From positions 4,960,001 through 5,024,000 of the forward strand of contig NC_058368.1 of assembly GCF_018350175.1 (NCBI RefSeq): 64,000 nucleotides of DNA. The letters run 5' to 3'. Shown in pieces: positions 47,332 to 61,552 of the stretch (positions within the stretch are counted from its first letter, which is position 1; each line of letters starts with the position of its first letter). This stretch comes from Felis catus (taxonomy: Eukaryota). A program made the translations under genes and the position numbers. Below the pieces are notes generated by a model. That model had not been told where the DNA came from. It worked only from the letters and a program-made list of their open reading frames with translations, and searched no databases.

Positions 47332-49375
47332 CCCAAAAAAGCTTTTTAAACCAAACGTTTTTAAAACAATTAGATGAACCTAAGCTACAGCAATATAATG
47401 GCTTACCATTTATATAAGACTAAGGAATGGGGAAAAGAAAAAAACGTCTAAGCTTAACGACACCTGGATCCTGGACCTCCAAGAGTAGTGAAGGTGACAC
47501 AAATAGAATCAGAAGCTGATAACGACTTTACCAAATGCTAATTACCTCACATTTGAGACTTAGGATTTTGAAATTTTCAGTGACAGTACACGGAGTAATT
47601 AATTATACAAGATTAACTAGACCATGATTCAATTTAAATTTTGAGTTGCAGATTCTGTTCCTTTTCCTGCTGGGTAATCCCAGTCGAATACGTCTCTGAA
47701 CTGTGAATGGCATTTGCAACGACACCGAAGGAATTTGAATCAGACTGTTCTCCTCCAGTAAGATGAGTTCTTTCCGGAAAGGATGGCCAAGGAAGTCGTG
47801 CCTCTTGGCTACCTGATGAAACTCACCAGCAGCAGCAACTGATCTTAGGTTATGGGAGTGGAAAAGGCGATTTAGAGTTTTGGAGCTTTCACTCCATAAG
47901 TGCTGGTGGGGATGATACCGGTGATGCTGGTGGGAGCAGACGCATTTTCCCACAGCGGCTCCCCAGAGGAGATAGTAGTCCAACGCCCACTTGGCCATGG
48001 CAACGGGGTTGTTGACTTCCAGTCACGCTGCCATTTGAGTGGCAGCTCAGTGGGGAACCAAGCTCAGCACAATGAAGGTCCTGCTCTTCAGAGCCTACTC
48101 AGTCATAAACATAGCTCTTTTCCCAGGCCTTCTGAAGAGAGGAGAGGCCAGGCCCAGGGTGCTGTGAAAAATGCCCCTTCTTTCCGCCATCCCACTGTTT
48201 CATTTCCTATCGCTGTCTTTTTTCGATGAGCAAAGCATTCATATACTAAAAGTGGTGATATCATGGTTTTGACAGTGTATTTGATTTTGCATTCCCCGTG
48301 GTGAGGACAAAGGTTCTTTTTATCACATTCTAGCGCAGCGCACAAGAGGGAGGCCGGCAGGGAAAAGGCGACATGTGCAGTGAGGGGGTTAGTTTTTATT
48401 CCGAGTACACTGGGAAGTCATCGGAAGGTGCAGCCATTCCAGGACAACGTGTGCTGGCGAACTTAAGAGACTTGCCTGGAAGTGGGGGAAAGTTTATTGG
48501 CTCTGTCTTCTCCCTCATAAATTTTAATGACATGTTAGAAAATTGGGGTCAAGAGAAACAATTTCCCAACGTCTTGATTTCCTGAAGGGTTTACCCTACA
48601 AGCAGCTATTTTCATGGGGTCCCACTGTAAGACAGAATCAAGGCTTAATTCAGGAAAAGGATCTTGGCATTCTGGGCCACCATGCAGCAATTTCTCATTC
48701 AATCAGTTATTAAGTGCTGATTCAATACTAGCAGTGCACTAAGCACTGTGCTAAACATCAGGAATAATGATGATCAAGGCCCAGCCCCTGCCCCTAAGAC
48801 GCCCGCAGCTTAGTGTTGGAGACAGGAAGAGTGGGTATGGTTGGGAAAGACTCATTGCAATTTCGGCTGGCTTTTAAATGTTTTTCAAACTCACCCCAAG
48901 TGAAAACAGCTACAGAAGGATACCCCAATTGTCTCTGGTTTTGAGATCCTGCAGCTTTTCATGTGTTGAAGTCTCCTTCAATCGTCTTTAAAGTCTGTAT
49001 GATTTAGGAACAAGTTCTTTGGCTGACGCTAGTGAATTTACCAAAGTCAACACCTATCCACTCAGCTGCTTGAGGAAAGTTGGGACACTGACAAAGTTTA
49101 ATGTGGTGACTTCCTGTGCATCTTTCTATATCATTTACACTGTCTTTAAAATCCCAAACTCACTCATTCTCTCTCCCCATTCAGTCTTCTCAGGAAAGAA
49201 TCTAAGACTTACCCACATTGAGATTTAAGGAAATGTTGAAGCTCAAAGTATGTTTCAATAGGGGCAAAGTTTTGTTGTTGTTGTTTTTTTCTTTTTAGTT
49301 TTGGCCTAAGATCCACTAAATTCCATGGTCAGTTAATACATGCTGAATAAAGGAATAAATGAATACACAAGCAAA

Positions 49376-49455
49376 CAAAAAATAAAATAAAATAAAGTAA
49401 AATAAAATAAAACAAAACAAAACAAAACAAAACAAAACAAAACAAAACAAAACAA
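49376..49455. repeat. (AAAAT)n(AAAAC)n microsatellite
   Basis: Directly visible. Confidence 0.95.
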
Positions 49456-49482
49456 TAAGACGTATTAGAAAGAGTGTAAGGA

Positions 49483-49700
49483 GGGATGCCTGGGTGGCTC
49501 AGTCAGTTAAATGTACGACTTCAGCTCAGGTCATGATCTCACAGTTTATGGGTTCAGGTCCCACATTGGGCTCTGTGCTGACAGCTCAGAGCCTGGAGCC
49601 TGCTTCAGATTCTGTCTCTCTCTGCCCCTCCCCAGTTCATGCTCTGTCTCTCAAAAATGAATAAGTGTAAAAAAATGTTAAAAAAAAAAAAGAAAAAGAA
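49483..49700 (+). mobile_element. Can-SINE
   Basis: TSD AGAAAGAGT(G/A)TAAGG. Confidence 0.94.
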
Positions 49701-50019
49701 AAAGAAAGAGTATAAGGGGAGGCAGAGTTAGGCAAATAGAACAATAGCATCCCATGACTCCCAGTAAGGTTGTTAAGCAATTAGCTAACAAAAAACAAAG
49801 AAAAGAGATTACAACAGCTAAAAATCAGAAACAAAGATCATCCACCACAGGAGAAGACAGTTTGCAACCTGATCCAAACACATATATTCACACCATGCTG
49901 TCCTTCATTCATTTTGCCAGACTGGGAAAACCTTCCCGTGGCCTGAAGTCAGCCCACAGGTTAGCTGGTGTTTGGAGCCACTGGGCTGAAAGATGACCCT
50001 CCTGACAGGAATGTTGTCT

Positions 50020-50222
50020 CTTTTTTTCTTAATTTTTTAAATGTTTATTTATGTTTGATAGAGAGAGAGAGACAACGAGGGGAGGGACAGAGAGAGAGCG
50101 AGACACAGAATCCAAAGCAGGCTCCGGGCTCCCAGCTGTCGGCACAGAGCCTGACTCAGAGCTCGAACCCACGAGCTATGAGATCCCGACCTAGCTGCTT
50201 AACCGACTGAGCCAGGAGCACC
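50020..50222 (-). mobile_element. Can-SINE
   Basis: Reverse SINE body and head. Confidence 0.9.
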
Positions 50223-50819
50223 AGAAACTCTCTCTTTTTTTTAACTGGTAGGGATACACAGCATGATGTGGAGGCAACAGAATTTTGCACCAAATGTGTA
50301 CGTTGCTCTTTTCTTGGAAGCTGAAGCCTCTTTTTTGTCATCTCTGCCACAGTAAAAGTAAGGACCTTTAAACTCATAGTCTCCTGACGCCTTTGCTCAG
50401 AAAGAGGTTCCACCCTGTTTGTTCCAGGCGATTCCATTGCCTCCTAAAATTGATCATATCCAGAGATGAATTAACTCTTGATTTTTTTTTTCCAAAAAGG
50501 AACACTTAAAAGTCTTAAATTATTCAACTTGCACCAACGGATATTGACTCCTTGACACTGTGTTGTGTATTTGTGCCCCACCCCCCTCACCTCTACTTCA
50601 TCTAAGTGCCTGTTAACTTTAAGATTTAAGTAGAGCTGTTTCTTCAGCTTCCAAACTTCTCTGTGGGATGGCATTATGTGGTCGACTTCCCAGAGTGAGG
50701 AAGAAAACCAATACCACCATCAATGGGGGGATAATATCTTCTCAGTGAAGACGGCTCTGTCTACTTTGGAATGATGGCAAACTCTTTGTTTCAGACCAGG
50801 TAAAAACAATTTGCTGGTA

Positions 50820-51430
50820 CAGAAGCAAGCTATCAGTTTTTATATATTTATCTTGCATTTAGTCACTTTGCTGCTTCTTTATCAAATGAAATGGTTCTTG
50901 AGTTGGTTATCTGGTGCTTTCTTAGATAGACAACAATATTGGTTGCAATTTTTTCCTCCTTTTAAATAATTATAATAGATCTTATTTATCTTTGATATCT
51001 AATTGTATTGCCCAGAACTTCCAGGCAATGGTGAGTAATAATTAAGGCAGACATCCTTGGGGTTCCTCCACAGTTTTAATGGAAATACTTCTAGAGTTTC
51101 ATATTTAATGTTGTTTAATGGAGTTACATATTCTATCCCAAATGTGAGCCTTAATCTCCCTAGTGTTTTAAAGATTTTTCTTATCTCAGGCAAGAAGAGC
51201 CTTAAATTTCACAAATATCTCTTCCACATCTAACAAGATAAACTATTTCCTTTGTGAGTTATTGATTTGGTTTATTAATATATTTTAATGTAATTATTCT
51301 TATATTTCTGTAATAAATCCTACACAATCATAATAAATTATTCTTTAAATCTGCTATCAAATTTAATTTACTAGTATTTTATGTAGGATTTCACATCTAT
51401 GCTAAAAGGTGAGTCTGGCCTACAATTTGG
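50820..51430 (-). mobile_element. Ancient L1 (L1ME-like) ORF2 fragment
   Basis: AT-rich antisense L1 pattern; minus translation PLNNIKYETLEVFPLK resembles ORF2 'ANIILNGE.L.AFPL'. Confidence 0.65.
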
Positions 51431-51442
51431 GGGGAAAATTAA

Positions 51443-51688
51443 TTTCTTTTTTCTTCTTTTTTAGGTTTAGGTTTATTTATTTTTGAAAGAGAGAGAGAGA
51501 GAGAGAGAGAGAGTGTGCGCACACACGTGGGCAGGGGAAGGGCAGAGAGAGAGGGAGACAGAGAATTCCAGGCAGGCCCTGTACTGTCGGCACAGAGCCA
51601 GAGGCAGGGCTCGAACCCTTGATCCAAGAGATCATGACCTGAGTGGAAACCAAGAGTCGGACACTTAACTGAGCCGCCCAGGTGCCCC
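51443..51688 (-). mobile_element. Can-SINE
   Basis: Reverse SINE ending CCAGGTGCCCC. Confidence 0.93.
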
Positions 51689-51829
51689 AGGGGAAAATAC
51701 ATTTTTAAAAATTTTTTTAAACTTATTTTGTATTATTGGTCTATTCAAGTTTTCCATTTTGTCCAGTTAAAGACTTTCCTATCTATTAACATTTACTGTT
51801 TTTAAATAATCTTTTAAAACTCCTCTACG

Positions 51830-52460
51830 CTTATTCATTTCTTCCTTCATTCAACAAATAGCAATTGAATTTGCCTTTATAGGTTCAATTCATAATAAGG
51901 TGTCTGCCACAGAGACTCCACATTTTAGGGATTTAATCACTATGCCTGGCACTGATTTAACAGCTGGTGACACAGCTGCGAACGTGCCTCGAGAAGTCCT
52001 TTCCGATAAGAGCTTACTTCCTAGTGGGGGAAACCATAGATGAAGTAAACAGATCGACTGCAGTGACAAAAAGATGGTAAGACAAGACCATGTGATGGAG
52101 ATGAGGAAGCATGCCCGTCTGGAGCATGGTGGCCAAAGAAGCCGAGATTTCATGAGAAGCAGGCTTCCAAAGGCCAAGGGGCCAGCATTGCCAAGCCTCC
52201 GAAGTTAGAAGAAAGCAGAATGAAGAACAAAAAGAAGGACGGGAAGAAAAAGCAGATAGGTAATGATCAAGGAGGCCGAGAGGCAGGCACAGGTGAGATC
52301 ACTCAATATGGGAAGATACTGGAGGGTTTTGTGCGTGGTTGGACATGATCCAACATACGTTTTAAGCAGATCTATTTGGCCGTTATACAAAGTGTTGGGG
52401 CAGAGAACAAGAGTGGCAGCTGGGAGACCACTTGGGGGTTCAGTGGCTGCATAGGCAGAA
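51830..52460 (-). mobile_element. L2 LINE 3' fragments
   Basis: TCATTCAACAAATA L2 terminus and purine-rich downstream pattern; degraded. Confidence 0.5.
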
Positions 52461-52920
52461 GTGAAGGTGTCGCCCTATCCCTTTTCTCAGAATATTCGAG
52501 TTGTCTTTTTCTCCCTTGGGTAGCTATGCTGGGAGTTTGCCTACTTGATTGTTCTTGTCTAAGAAACAACTCTTGCGTTTCTTGACTTACTCTTCTAATG
52601 TTCTCTTGTTAATAATTCATCAATGGTGTTTTGACCTCCAGGATTTTTTTCTACTTTTCTCTTTACTATTTGCCCTCTTGCTCTTTTCTGATTCTTAGCT
52701 CATTTGTTTGTTGCTTCCTTTAAAGTCAAAAACATTTAGAGATTTCAGTGTATCCCATAAATCTGATAGGAAGCAAAATCTTCGTTTCACCAGACATTAC
52801 CTTTTGGGGTACTGATGGCATCATATCAATGACCCAAATGTCACTAGGTCAAGGTTCCATGTGGATAATTGTCATTCTTTCAAGGAATTATCATATGAAA
52901 CACAACTTGCCTACTCTATA

Positions 52921-53139
52921 TTATTGTTTTTTATTTTTTTAGTGCTTATTTATTTTTGAGAAAGAGACAGAGTGTGGGCCGGGGAGGGGCAGAGAGAGAG
53001 GGAGACACAGAATTGGAAGCAGGCTGCAGGCTCCGAGCTGTCAGCACAGAGCCCAATGCAGGGCTCAAATTCACGAACCGTGAGATCATGACCTGAGCCG
53101 GAGTCGGACGCTTAACCGACTGAGCCACCCAGGCGTCCC
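52921..53139 (-). mobile_element. Can-SINE
   Basis: TSD TTGCCTACTCTAT at 52907-52919 and 53140-53152. Confidence 0.95.
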
Positions 53140-53718
53140 TTGCCTACTCTATGTTAAATGCAAATCCCAGATACTTTCCCACCCCCCTTTGCGTTAGGAC
53201 ATGGACACTAGACTCTAAGTTAGAAGCCAGTGACAGGAAGAACCAGTGGCTGTGCAGAGCCCTGTTGAAATGAAACAGCAAGAGCTGCACACAGTGACAG
53301 AGGAACGTATAGAAGTTGACAGCAGAAAAAGTTCCACAAACATGTTCAATATTCCTAGAAAACCACATAAGGGGAGCAATGAGAGCTGGCCACTGGAGGT
53401 GCCAACAGGGAGATCATGGGGGAACTAGAAGCTAAGGCCACTCCTTCTGATGGAGTCTCTGTTTTCTCAGTGGGTGGAGAGGGTAGGCAAGCCATCACCT
53501 GCCTTGTGAGGAAGGAGGCACAAGGGAATGTTGGAGGGTTGAGGACAGGTGACATGTGGGCCCACACTGAAAGGGAGACCATCAGCTACTGTGATTGGTA
53601 ACTTTTTGAGACTTGTTGAGCATTTGAAACTGCCTTGACATTTCAAATTTCTGTAGCAGTAAATCCCCATAGCAAGTGTGTGCTTTTGTTTCAGAGGATG
53701 TAAGAATAAAAGCCAGAT

Positions 53719-53942
53719 GGGGCGCCCGGGTGGCTCAGTTGGTTAAGCATCCAACTTCAGCTCAGGTCATGATCTCACGGTTCGTGAGTTTGAGCCCCAT
53801 GTTGGGCTCTGTGCTGACAGCTCGGAGCCTGGAGCCTGCTTCAGATTCTCTGTCTCCCTCTCTCTGCCCCTCCCCCTGCTCATGCTCTGTCTCTGTCTCT
53901 CTCTCTCTTAAAAATAAAGATTTTAAAAATTATTTTAAAAAA
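53719..53942 (+). mobile_element. Can-SINE
   Basis: TSD AAGAATAAAAGC(C/T)AGAT. Confidence 0.95.
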
Positions 53943-56135
53943 AAGAATAAAAGCTAGATAAACTACATCCCACTCTAAAGCTGGTACTCAGAGAGAACCC
54001 CAGGTAGCTGGAAAGGTTCATCAGATGCCCAGGGTCTGCAGAGAGGGGCAAGGGTCGCTCAGATAGATAGACTGAGCAGGCTGAGGAGTGGGTCACCTAG
54101 CAGGGACCATACTCCCTACATTCCTAAGCAAAACAGAACCACCCTCCTAGATATGGCCTCATCTTGCGTGAGGAAATTGGACTTAATATGTTTGGAAATT
54201 ATTTGAATTTCACTAATGCGGACCTCCAATTTTTTTTTTCTCCCATCTATCCCTATAATTGCAGAAACTAGTGAAGGTATTTTACATATTCACTTTTGCT
54301 TTTATTGAATAAAACATGTCCTTTCCATCCAGAGCACACATTTTTAGTGTTTCCCCATCAGGGACCTCTTCTTTTCTCTATGGTTCAAACGCTTATCTTC
54401 GAATGTACTCCTATTCTATGGATGAGTTGGAAAGAAGTCAAATACATAAATATTTGACATGACTAAAAGCATGCCTTCCCTGTCAGAACAACTATACTTT
54501 ACCACCAAAAGTGAATCCCAGAATTTAAAGTCCTTCCCTGCATGCCTCGGACAATCGCTTCTCACCTTGTTGTTTGGCTTTCAGATGACTGACTGTCACT
54601 CCGGAAAGAGGGAGGCATTCTCGTCTTGCACATTCCCTACAATGTCAAATCTCTATGACAGATACCTAGGTATAAATTAGATCTAAAAAATGAATGCCAG
54701 AGACTAGAACCCTAGATGAAGGGGTTTCACCACATTACTATTTATGAAAGGTCATTTGACCCTCGTTCTCCTTTCAAACCTTGCTCCTTCTTGACTTCCC
54801 GTGCGTACTTGTCCATTCGACGAGTCCCACGGCGTCCACCAGACACGGAGCCCCGGAGTGACGTCACACACACCAACACCCCTGTCCTCATGGGGCACAT
54901 CTGTTCAAGGGAGCCAACGGAGAGTTTAAGAGGCCTATGCTCCTCTTAAAGTGGAGTGCAAGTGGCTCCAAAGGGTGGGCAAAAACAGGGGCACACGGGA
55001 GCCAATGTCCACTCCCACCCACTCTCACCCCTGTTCTCAGGCAGCCCCTGCCCTGGGGCCTTCCCACCTGATGGCCGACTCCTCATCCCCTGCCCGTCTT
55101 TGTTCCCACAGCACCTCCTAGGCGAGGCCCACCGTTTTCACCCCACGCGACCCACGGCCTTCCCTCCTCCTGACCCCTGGGTTTCTTCGCGGCAACTACC
55201 AGCTGCTAGCACACAACATAAATTACTCTCGACGGTCATAGTTCATTGACTGCCTCCTTGCTCCCTGGCAGCAACTTCTGAGTCTCCTCCAGTATCTCCT
55301 GCCCTACCCATACCTGACACGTCCCCTTGGGTGTCCTACTCCGTTCTTTTCAACGACGATTCGGTGCCTGGGGTATGTTAGATACGTGGGCATGGAGGAG
55401 ACGAAGATGGAACCGGCCTCGGTCTCTGTCCTCGAGGAGCTCATCACGTCCTTGGGGCAGACGTGTGAACGCTTTCACTACACGCGGATTTACCTGAACT
55501 CCTGGGAGATCACAGGTGAACCACTCAGGCCTGGTTGGGGGTTGCAGGAAGTCTTCCTGCTGGATCACGGGTCCGAGGATTCGAACTGGATCACGGAGCG
55601 AGGACGAGGGTTACCCTGGCAGAGCCAATATGCTCCCCCAATTCCAAGCACGTCTCAGTTCCCCAGCACGCACTGTCCTCGGGTGGCTGCATTTTCCAAC
55701 GACCGCCCAGCACACTGGGAGCAAAACCAAGCACCTAACCGAGGCGTGAACATGCCTGTCTGTCCTCCTCTACCTCCTGCACCGCTCTCAAATGTGATCA
55801 AGGGACTCGGTCGGGAGTCCTTTCCTGAGGAAGACAGTATTTAAACAGAAAGCTATGAAAATAGAACTTTTAACGAACAAATGCTGTCTTAGGAAAAAAC
55901 AAACAAATGAACAAAACAGTGACAGGAAGTAATACGGTGGGATACAGGAAATAGGGGTACTTCCGGGGCATTCTCAGCCACACCCTTCCCTTTCCTCTCA
56001 AAGTCTGGGGAAAGAGTTGCATTTAACTGATATTAGACACTTAAATAAACATACGTGTATTGAACCCTCTCCTTCTTGTATGCTCATGATTCACAAAACT
56101 GCCAGGTACAGACGTCTTTCCTGAGCTCCAGACTC

Positions 56136-56345
56136 TTTTTTTTTTTTTTTTTTTTTTTAGTGTTTTATTTTTTGAGAGAGAGCAATTGAAGCGGGGGAGG
56201 GGCAGAGAGATTGGGGGACAGAGGATCCGAAGCAGGCTCCATACTGATAGCAGTGAGCCCGATGTGGGGCTTGAACTCACAAACCATGAGATCATGGCCT
56301 GAGCTGAAGTCAGACACTCAACTGACTGAGCCACCCAGGTGCCCC
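56136..56345 (-). mobile_element. Can-SINE
   Basis: TSD GAGCTCC(A/T)GACTCTT. Confidence 0.94.
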
Positions 56346-56349
56346 GGAG

Positions 56350-57680
56350 CTCCTGACTCTTAAATCCAACTTCCTACTAACAATCTCTGCCTGTGTTTCC
56401 CAGAGTGCCTTACATCCTTCACATGAAAAGCAGAACCCGTATTCTTCCCCATATACACCTGCTCTTCACAACTTTATTTCTCAACTTGGTCAATGACACT
56501 ACCATCCTTATCAGCGATCCGAGAGGCGTCCGAAATCCCTCCTTCTCCACTCCGCACATTGAATTGGCCACCAAGACCTTTCCATTTTCACTCCCGCCAC
56601 TCTGTCTACTCCTTCCCCTGTGTAACATCTTGGCAATTAATTTTTTGCTTTGGTCTTTCATCATCTTCTCCTGAACTCCTGTAAGAGCTTCTTCTTTGAC
56701 ACTTTCTGTCCCAGACCGGGTGTCCCCCTTTCTCCCCCAAGCAGAGCTTGATTAGAACCCGTGAGTAGGTTCTGTTGACGTTGGAAGTACTCAAGGCAAT
56801 AGGCATGAGGGAGCTGGGAGAACGGTGGAAGAAAAGCCCATATAAAGATGAGTGACCAAGATCACCTCTGTGGGTAGCTGGGGCTTGATCCCATTCTCAG
56901 GCACATGTAGATTTCATCTTGGTATTATTCGTGAAGAGACAGGAGAAGCATTTACCCACGGGTTTCCATTCCTCACCATGAGGGTGTCAAATCTCCTGTA
57001 CTTACGAGGCAAGGTGAAGGGGTGTGGGGCCAGGCACCCGAAATATCTGCCACCTACTCAGTTGAACCCACCTTTGTTTAAAATGTCTTTCTAGAATATA
57101 AATCTGATTATGTAACCCCCCTTGCCCAACTTATAATCCTCCAGTTCAGTGAGCTTGCAACATAGCACCCATACCCATTAGAACAGAGTATACAGCATGC
57201 GCGATCTGGGCACTGCAGCCTTCCTGACCTCCCCTCACACCTACCCATTCCCCCCAATGCCCTGGCCATACCAGAGGCTGGACTAGTCACGATTCTTCTC
57301 TTTCCTCCATGTTTGCTCACTCTTCTCATCTTAAATGTTCTTCTCCACCTGGTGAATTCTTACTCATCATCTAAAACTCAACCCAACTACCATTTCTCCT
57401 CTAGCACCTTCCTGACGCCTACCGTGTACTCCCAGCTTGGCCCCCAAAGAAAGACCTAAAGCTCCCCCTCCTTTGCTCCTATAACAAATAATTCCAAGGC
57501 GATGTTACAGGGGGAGTAATGTACATGCTCTGTAATTCCGCCTACCCTCTTGTATTATCTGCCCCGGTCTCGTGAGACCCTTGAGGGCAAGGAACTACTA
57601 TATCTCCTTCAATTTTGTATGTTCAGTGCCTGGAACAGCGTCGGACCCATAGGGCATTCACTAAATATTTCTTGAATAAC
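56350..57680 (+). mobile_element. L2 LINE fragments
   Basis: Pyrimidine-rich L2 body ending CCTTGAGGGCAAGGAAC...CAGTGCCTGGAACAG...AAATATTTCTTGAATAA. Confidence 0.55.
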
Positions 57681-58929
57681 AACACGGATTCGTCACTTAT
57701 AATGGATCAGCCACTTTGCTAACTGTGTAATGCATGTGTCACTGAAATGCATGCAGGAATCGAAAGCTGGCCCAGATAAAGTACACCTGAGACCCTGCCA
57801 TCACGTGCTCATGGAAGGATGACATGAAGAGATACAAAGCAGCTAAAGGTTCCATCTCTCAACTGCCTCCAAGCACTGCACACACACAGCAGCTTTCTCT
57901 CTTTTCTTCTTGCATCTGGCCCTTTACACCATGGGAGAGCAACTGCTGTAAATATTACTGGTCCAGAGGCCCCAGAAACTTGAAAATGGACCCTAAGCCA
58001 GAGGCTTCGGACACAGCACGGGGACAGGGCAACTGGAGACAACGGCGATGCAGAATACGAAACTGGATGAAAACCTTCAGTGGCAACAACGGGGGGAAAC
58101 AGGGCCAAACCCGAGATCTTCGCAAAGAGGACAGCACTTTGTAGCAGCTGCACGGGAAGGAGGAGCATTAAACATTCATTAATATTGCCCATTTTCAGAA
58201 ACCATTTGGACAAGAGCCACCTGGCCTGACTCCTGGCCCCAGCCCCGCCTGCTAGGAGGCTGGCTTCCGAGCACAGGGGCCTTCTAAGTGGCGTTCTGCC
58301 GAGGGGCACAGGGCTCCAAGCAGCGTCGGCTACATCCCCGCTAGGATGCGATGTTCTTACTCTCTGGTAGCAACACACAAATTTAAAAATCCTAACTCGC
58401 TTCCAAGCTCTAGAAGATACTAAAATATTTAGATTCAATACTTGCCTGGACTTATGAGGAAGGGAAGAGAGAGTTTATCAGAGGAGAGCGAGCGATCTTA
58501 GCAAACTGGAAAAATAACAGGCTATCTGAAAATTAAAGGCATCATTCTTGGTATGTATCAATATTTTAACACGGTTCCCTTTAGTTAAAAAAAAAAAACC
58601 CTTAAAAATTCTGGGCCTGTAAAATAAATAAATTATTTCTGGGCCTGGGTATTCATCTCTGCAGCCAATCTGTAAAGGCCTCTTGCACAATTGCTGGGTG
58701 CCTGGAGACGTGCTCACGGGTTTTGGATAAGACGAGGAAAACACTCTTGCCATCAAAAGTCCAGGACTGAAACCCCCATGAGACATTTTCCCCCTTCCGT
58801 GTACATTCCATAGGCTATGCTCATTTGGGTTTTCTAAGTCGGTGACCTTTAGTGTATTTTAACTCTTTTCATAGAAAAGTTATATAGATAAGACATATTT
58901 TTCTCCCAATTATGAGTGTGGTCTGTAGT

Positions 58930-60230
58930 CATGCTCTCTACTCACTCACCCCCCATTCAGCCATAAAGCTGGCTGAAGTCTGATTTCTGCCCCTACAGTC
59001 TGATAGTGAAACTGTTCTTGCCAAACCACAAGGACATAGACCATTTCTACTCTTTACATGAAATGACCTTTATGGCATTTGACACGGTAGATAAAGTTCT
59101 CAGACCCTTCCTCCCTGGAGACTATCGGTCTCTCTGGTTTTCCATGTTCTCTTTGTCTTGCTATTTTTTCTTTAGCTTTTCTTCTTTTCCTTACTTCTCA
59201 AGGTCTCAAGCTCTGATCTCTTATCTTATTCTAGGACCTCTGATAAATTTTATGCACACCCGTATCTTAATCCTCCGCTAGAAACTGGGGGCTTCCAGGC
59301 TTCCCTTTTATAACTGAGGTCTCTCCTCTGAATACCAGTCCTATATTCCCATATTCATAAAATGTCTTCACTTGGATGTCCCATAGATCTCTTCAGTGCA
59401 ATATAACTAAACCCAAGAGCATCTTTCCCCCACCTTACTCTCCCCTTCTCTTCCCCACCTAGGTGAATGGCAGTCCCATCTTTAACACAGTTACCCTAAT
59501 GGGAAATCTGGAAGCCATCACTGACTGGTGCCTGTGCATACTCTCAGGCCCTCAGCAATGTATCATTGGTCAGCAAGCTGGTCTATTCTAGCTCTCTCCC
59601 TATTCAGCTCCCCCCTATCCTTCATCAAAATCTTTTTTTTTTTTAAGAGATGGGGAGAGAGCACAAGTAGTAGAGAGAGAGACAGAGAGAATCTTAAGCA
59701 GATTCCACACCCAGCACAGAGCCGGACGCAGGGCTCTATCTCACAACCCTGAGATCATGACCTGAGCCGAAATCAAGTCTGACGGTTAACCGACTGAGCC
59801 ACCCAGGTGCCCTTCCTTCATCCATGTCTTACTTCAGGCTTCCATAACTTCTCTCTTGGGTTATCTCAGCAGCCTCCTTTTGACCCCCACCGGTCCAGAG
59901 CAATCCTTCCAAAATACAAATCTCACCTTATGTCCCTCTTGTTTAAAATCAAAACTTCAAACTGTCTTCTCATCTTCTTTGAATTAATACCCAACATCAA
60001 CTCTTACTACTTTCTAGTCATACTTTTCATTATGATCATATTCTGAACTATTCAGAGCTCCCCATAAAACCCATGTTCTCCCATTTTTCTGTGCTTTTGT
60101 TCTAAATGGATAACATTCCCCTCTTCTTTACCTGGCCAAAACCTACACATCCATCCTAAACCTCCTCATTCATGCAAACAGTTCAAAACAAAGCCTTTGA
60201 TGGCCCCTCCCCAAGCAGAAGCAGGATTTC
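58930..60230 (+). mobile_element. L2 LINE fragments with an inserted SINE
   Basis: GCATTTGACAC (AFDT, RT motif), CACTTGGATGTCCCATAG, CCAGAGCAATCCTTCCAAAATACAAATCT. Confidence 0.6.
59633..59812 (-). mobile_element. Can-SINE
   Basis: Reverse SINE ending ACCCAGGTGCCC. Confidence 0.92.
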
Positions 60231-60312
60231 TCTATGCTATGATAGCAACAACTCACAGCAGCAGCAAAAATAATAAAACAACAACTAATATTTACTTAGG
60301 GCTAAACAGTCG

Positions 60313-60523
60313 CAGTGGTTCTTAATTCCAAATGTGTATAAGAATCATCTGGGAATGTTAAAACGCTATGCAAACGTTGAAATGGTATCCAATGGTCTCC
60401 AAAGCCCATTCCAATATTCAGATGCATCAGATTTGGGACTGAGATCAGGAACCCACATGTTTAACAAAATATTCAAACTGATTCTGATGCAGTTGATCTA
60501 GGAACCATATTTTGAAAAACACT
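60313..60523. mobile_element. hAT-Charlie MITE (MER5-like)
   Basis: TIRs CAGTGGTTCTTAA ... TTGAAAAACACTG; internal AGAATCATCTGGG and TGATTCTGATGC. Confidence 0.75.
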
Positions 60524-60901
60524 GAACATCTAACCGGCTTCCTGCCAATCGACTCAACACATTGCCACCAAATTACTATTCATAAAATACCTCTTATAAT
60601 TTTAAAACATCAAATAGTTGGCACCAAAGACAACTGTGAGCTTCACACATATCTGTCAATTATCTTAAGCCCACTGAAGTGGGATTATCTATAAAGAAAC
60701 AGCAAGTTATGGAGATTAACCTGATCAAATTCACAGATAGGAATGACAGGATTCAAGTTTTGGCCTTGTTCCAGGATACCGCATCTTGAATCATTCACTG
60801 TCATATAAAAACGATAACCAAAAGTCTCAATGAGTCCCCATGACAGTCAACTGAATGAGATCCTTGGCCTGGATTTAAAGGCCCTTAAGGGTCCTGCCCC
60901 T

Positions 60902-61332
60902 TGTGATGGTTAATTTTATGTGCCGACTTGACTGGGCTTATCTGGGCAGATAGCAGATAAAACATTTCTGAGTATGCCTGTGAGGGTATTTCCAGAAAAA
61001 ATTAGCATCTCAGTTGGTGGGCCTAGTAAAGTAAGAGTTCTTCCCCTTTGTGGGTGGGTATCACCCGGTCCACTGAAGGCTCAAATAGAACAAAAAGGCA
61101 GAGGAAGGGTGAATTTACTCTTCCTTCCTGACCTGAGACACATGCCTTCTCCTGCTTCAGCTATCACACTGAGTCTGGAACTTACACCATCAGCCTCCCT
61201 CTCCCCTTTCTCATGTCTTTGGACTCAGAACAAAGTATGGCACCAGCTTTCCTGGTTCAACACCAATAAGACAGCAAACTGTGGGACTTTTTGGCCTCCA
61301 TTACTTCATGAGCCAATTCCTAAAATAAATTC
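60902..61332 (+). mobile_element. ERVL LTR (MLT2B/C-like), 3' end interrupted
   Basis: TGTGATGGTTAATTTTATGTG.C.ACTTGACTGGGC start; AATAGAACAAAAAGGCAGAGGAAGGGTGAATT; CATGAGCCAATTCCTAAAATAAAT. Confidence 0.88.
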
Positions 61333-61528
61333 ATGTATATATATGTATGTATGTAAATATATATATATTTATATGTAATTTATATATATTTATTAATTTC
61401 TATATATATAATTTATGTATTTATATATTTATATATATTTATATATACATTTTTCATATATGTATGTATGTAAATTTATATATATATGTATATATATATA
61501 TGTATGTATGTATATGTATATATATACA
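61333..61528. repeat. (TA)/(TATG)-rich low-complexity tract
   Basis: Directly visible. Confidence 0.95.
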
Positions 61529-61552
61529 CCCATACCCACACCCACAAACACA

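Noticed and set aside
47603..47998. 131-aa ATG ORF in unique sequence (MAKWALDYYLLWG...)
   Set aside because: No recognisable homology or supporting gene structure; the length is compatible with chance.
278..56334. Recurring short ORFs beginning MAQSVKRPTSAQVMIS...
   Set aside because: Can-SINE translations, not a gene family. The SINE heads are tRNA-derived but are not tRNA genes.
57809..58438. 209-aa ORF
   Set aside because: Non-ATG start, no recognisable domain, intergenic context.
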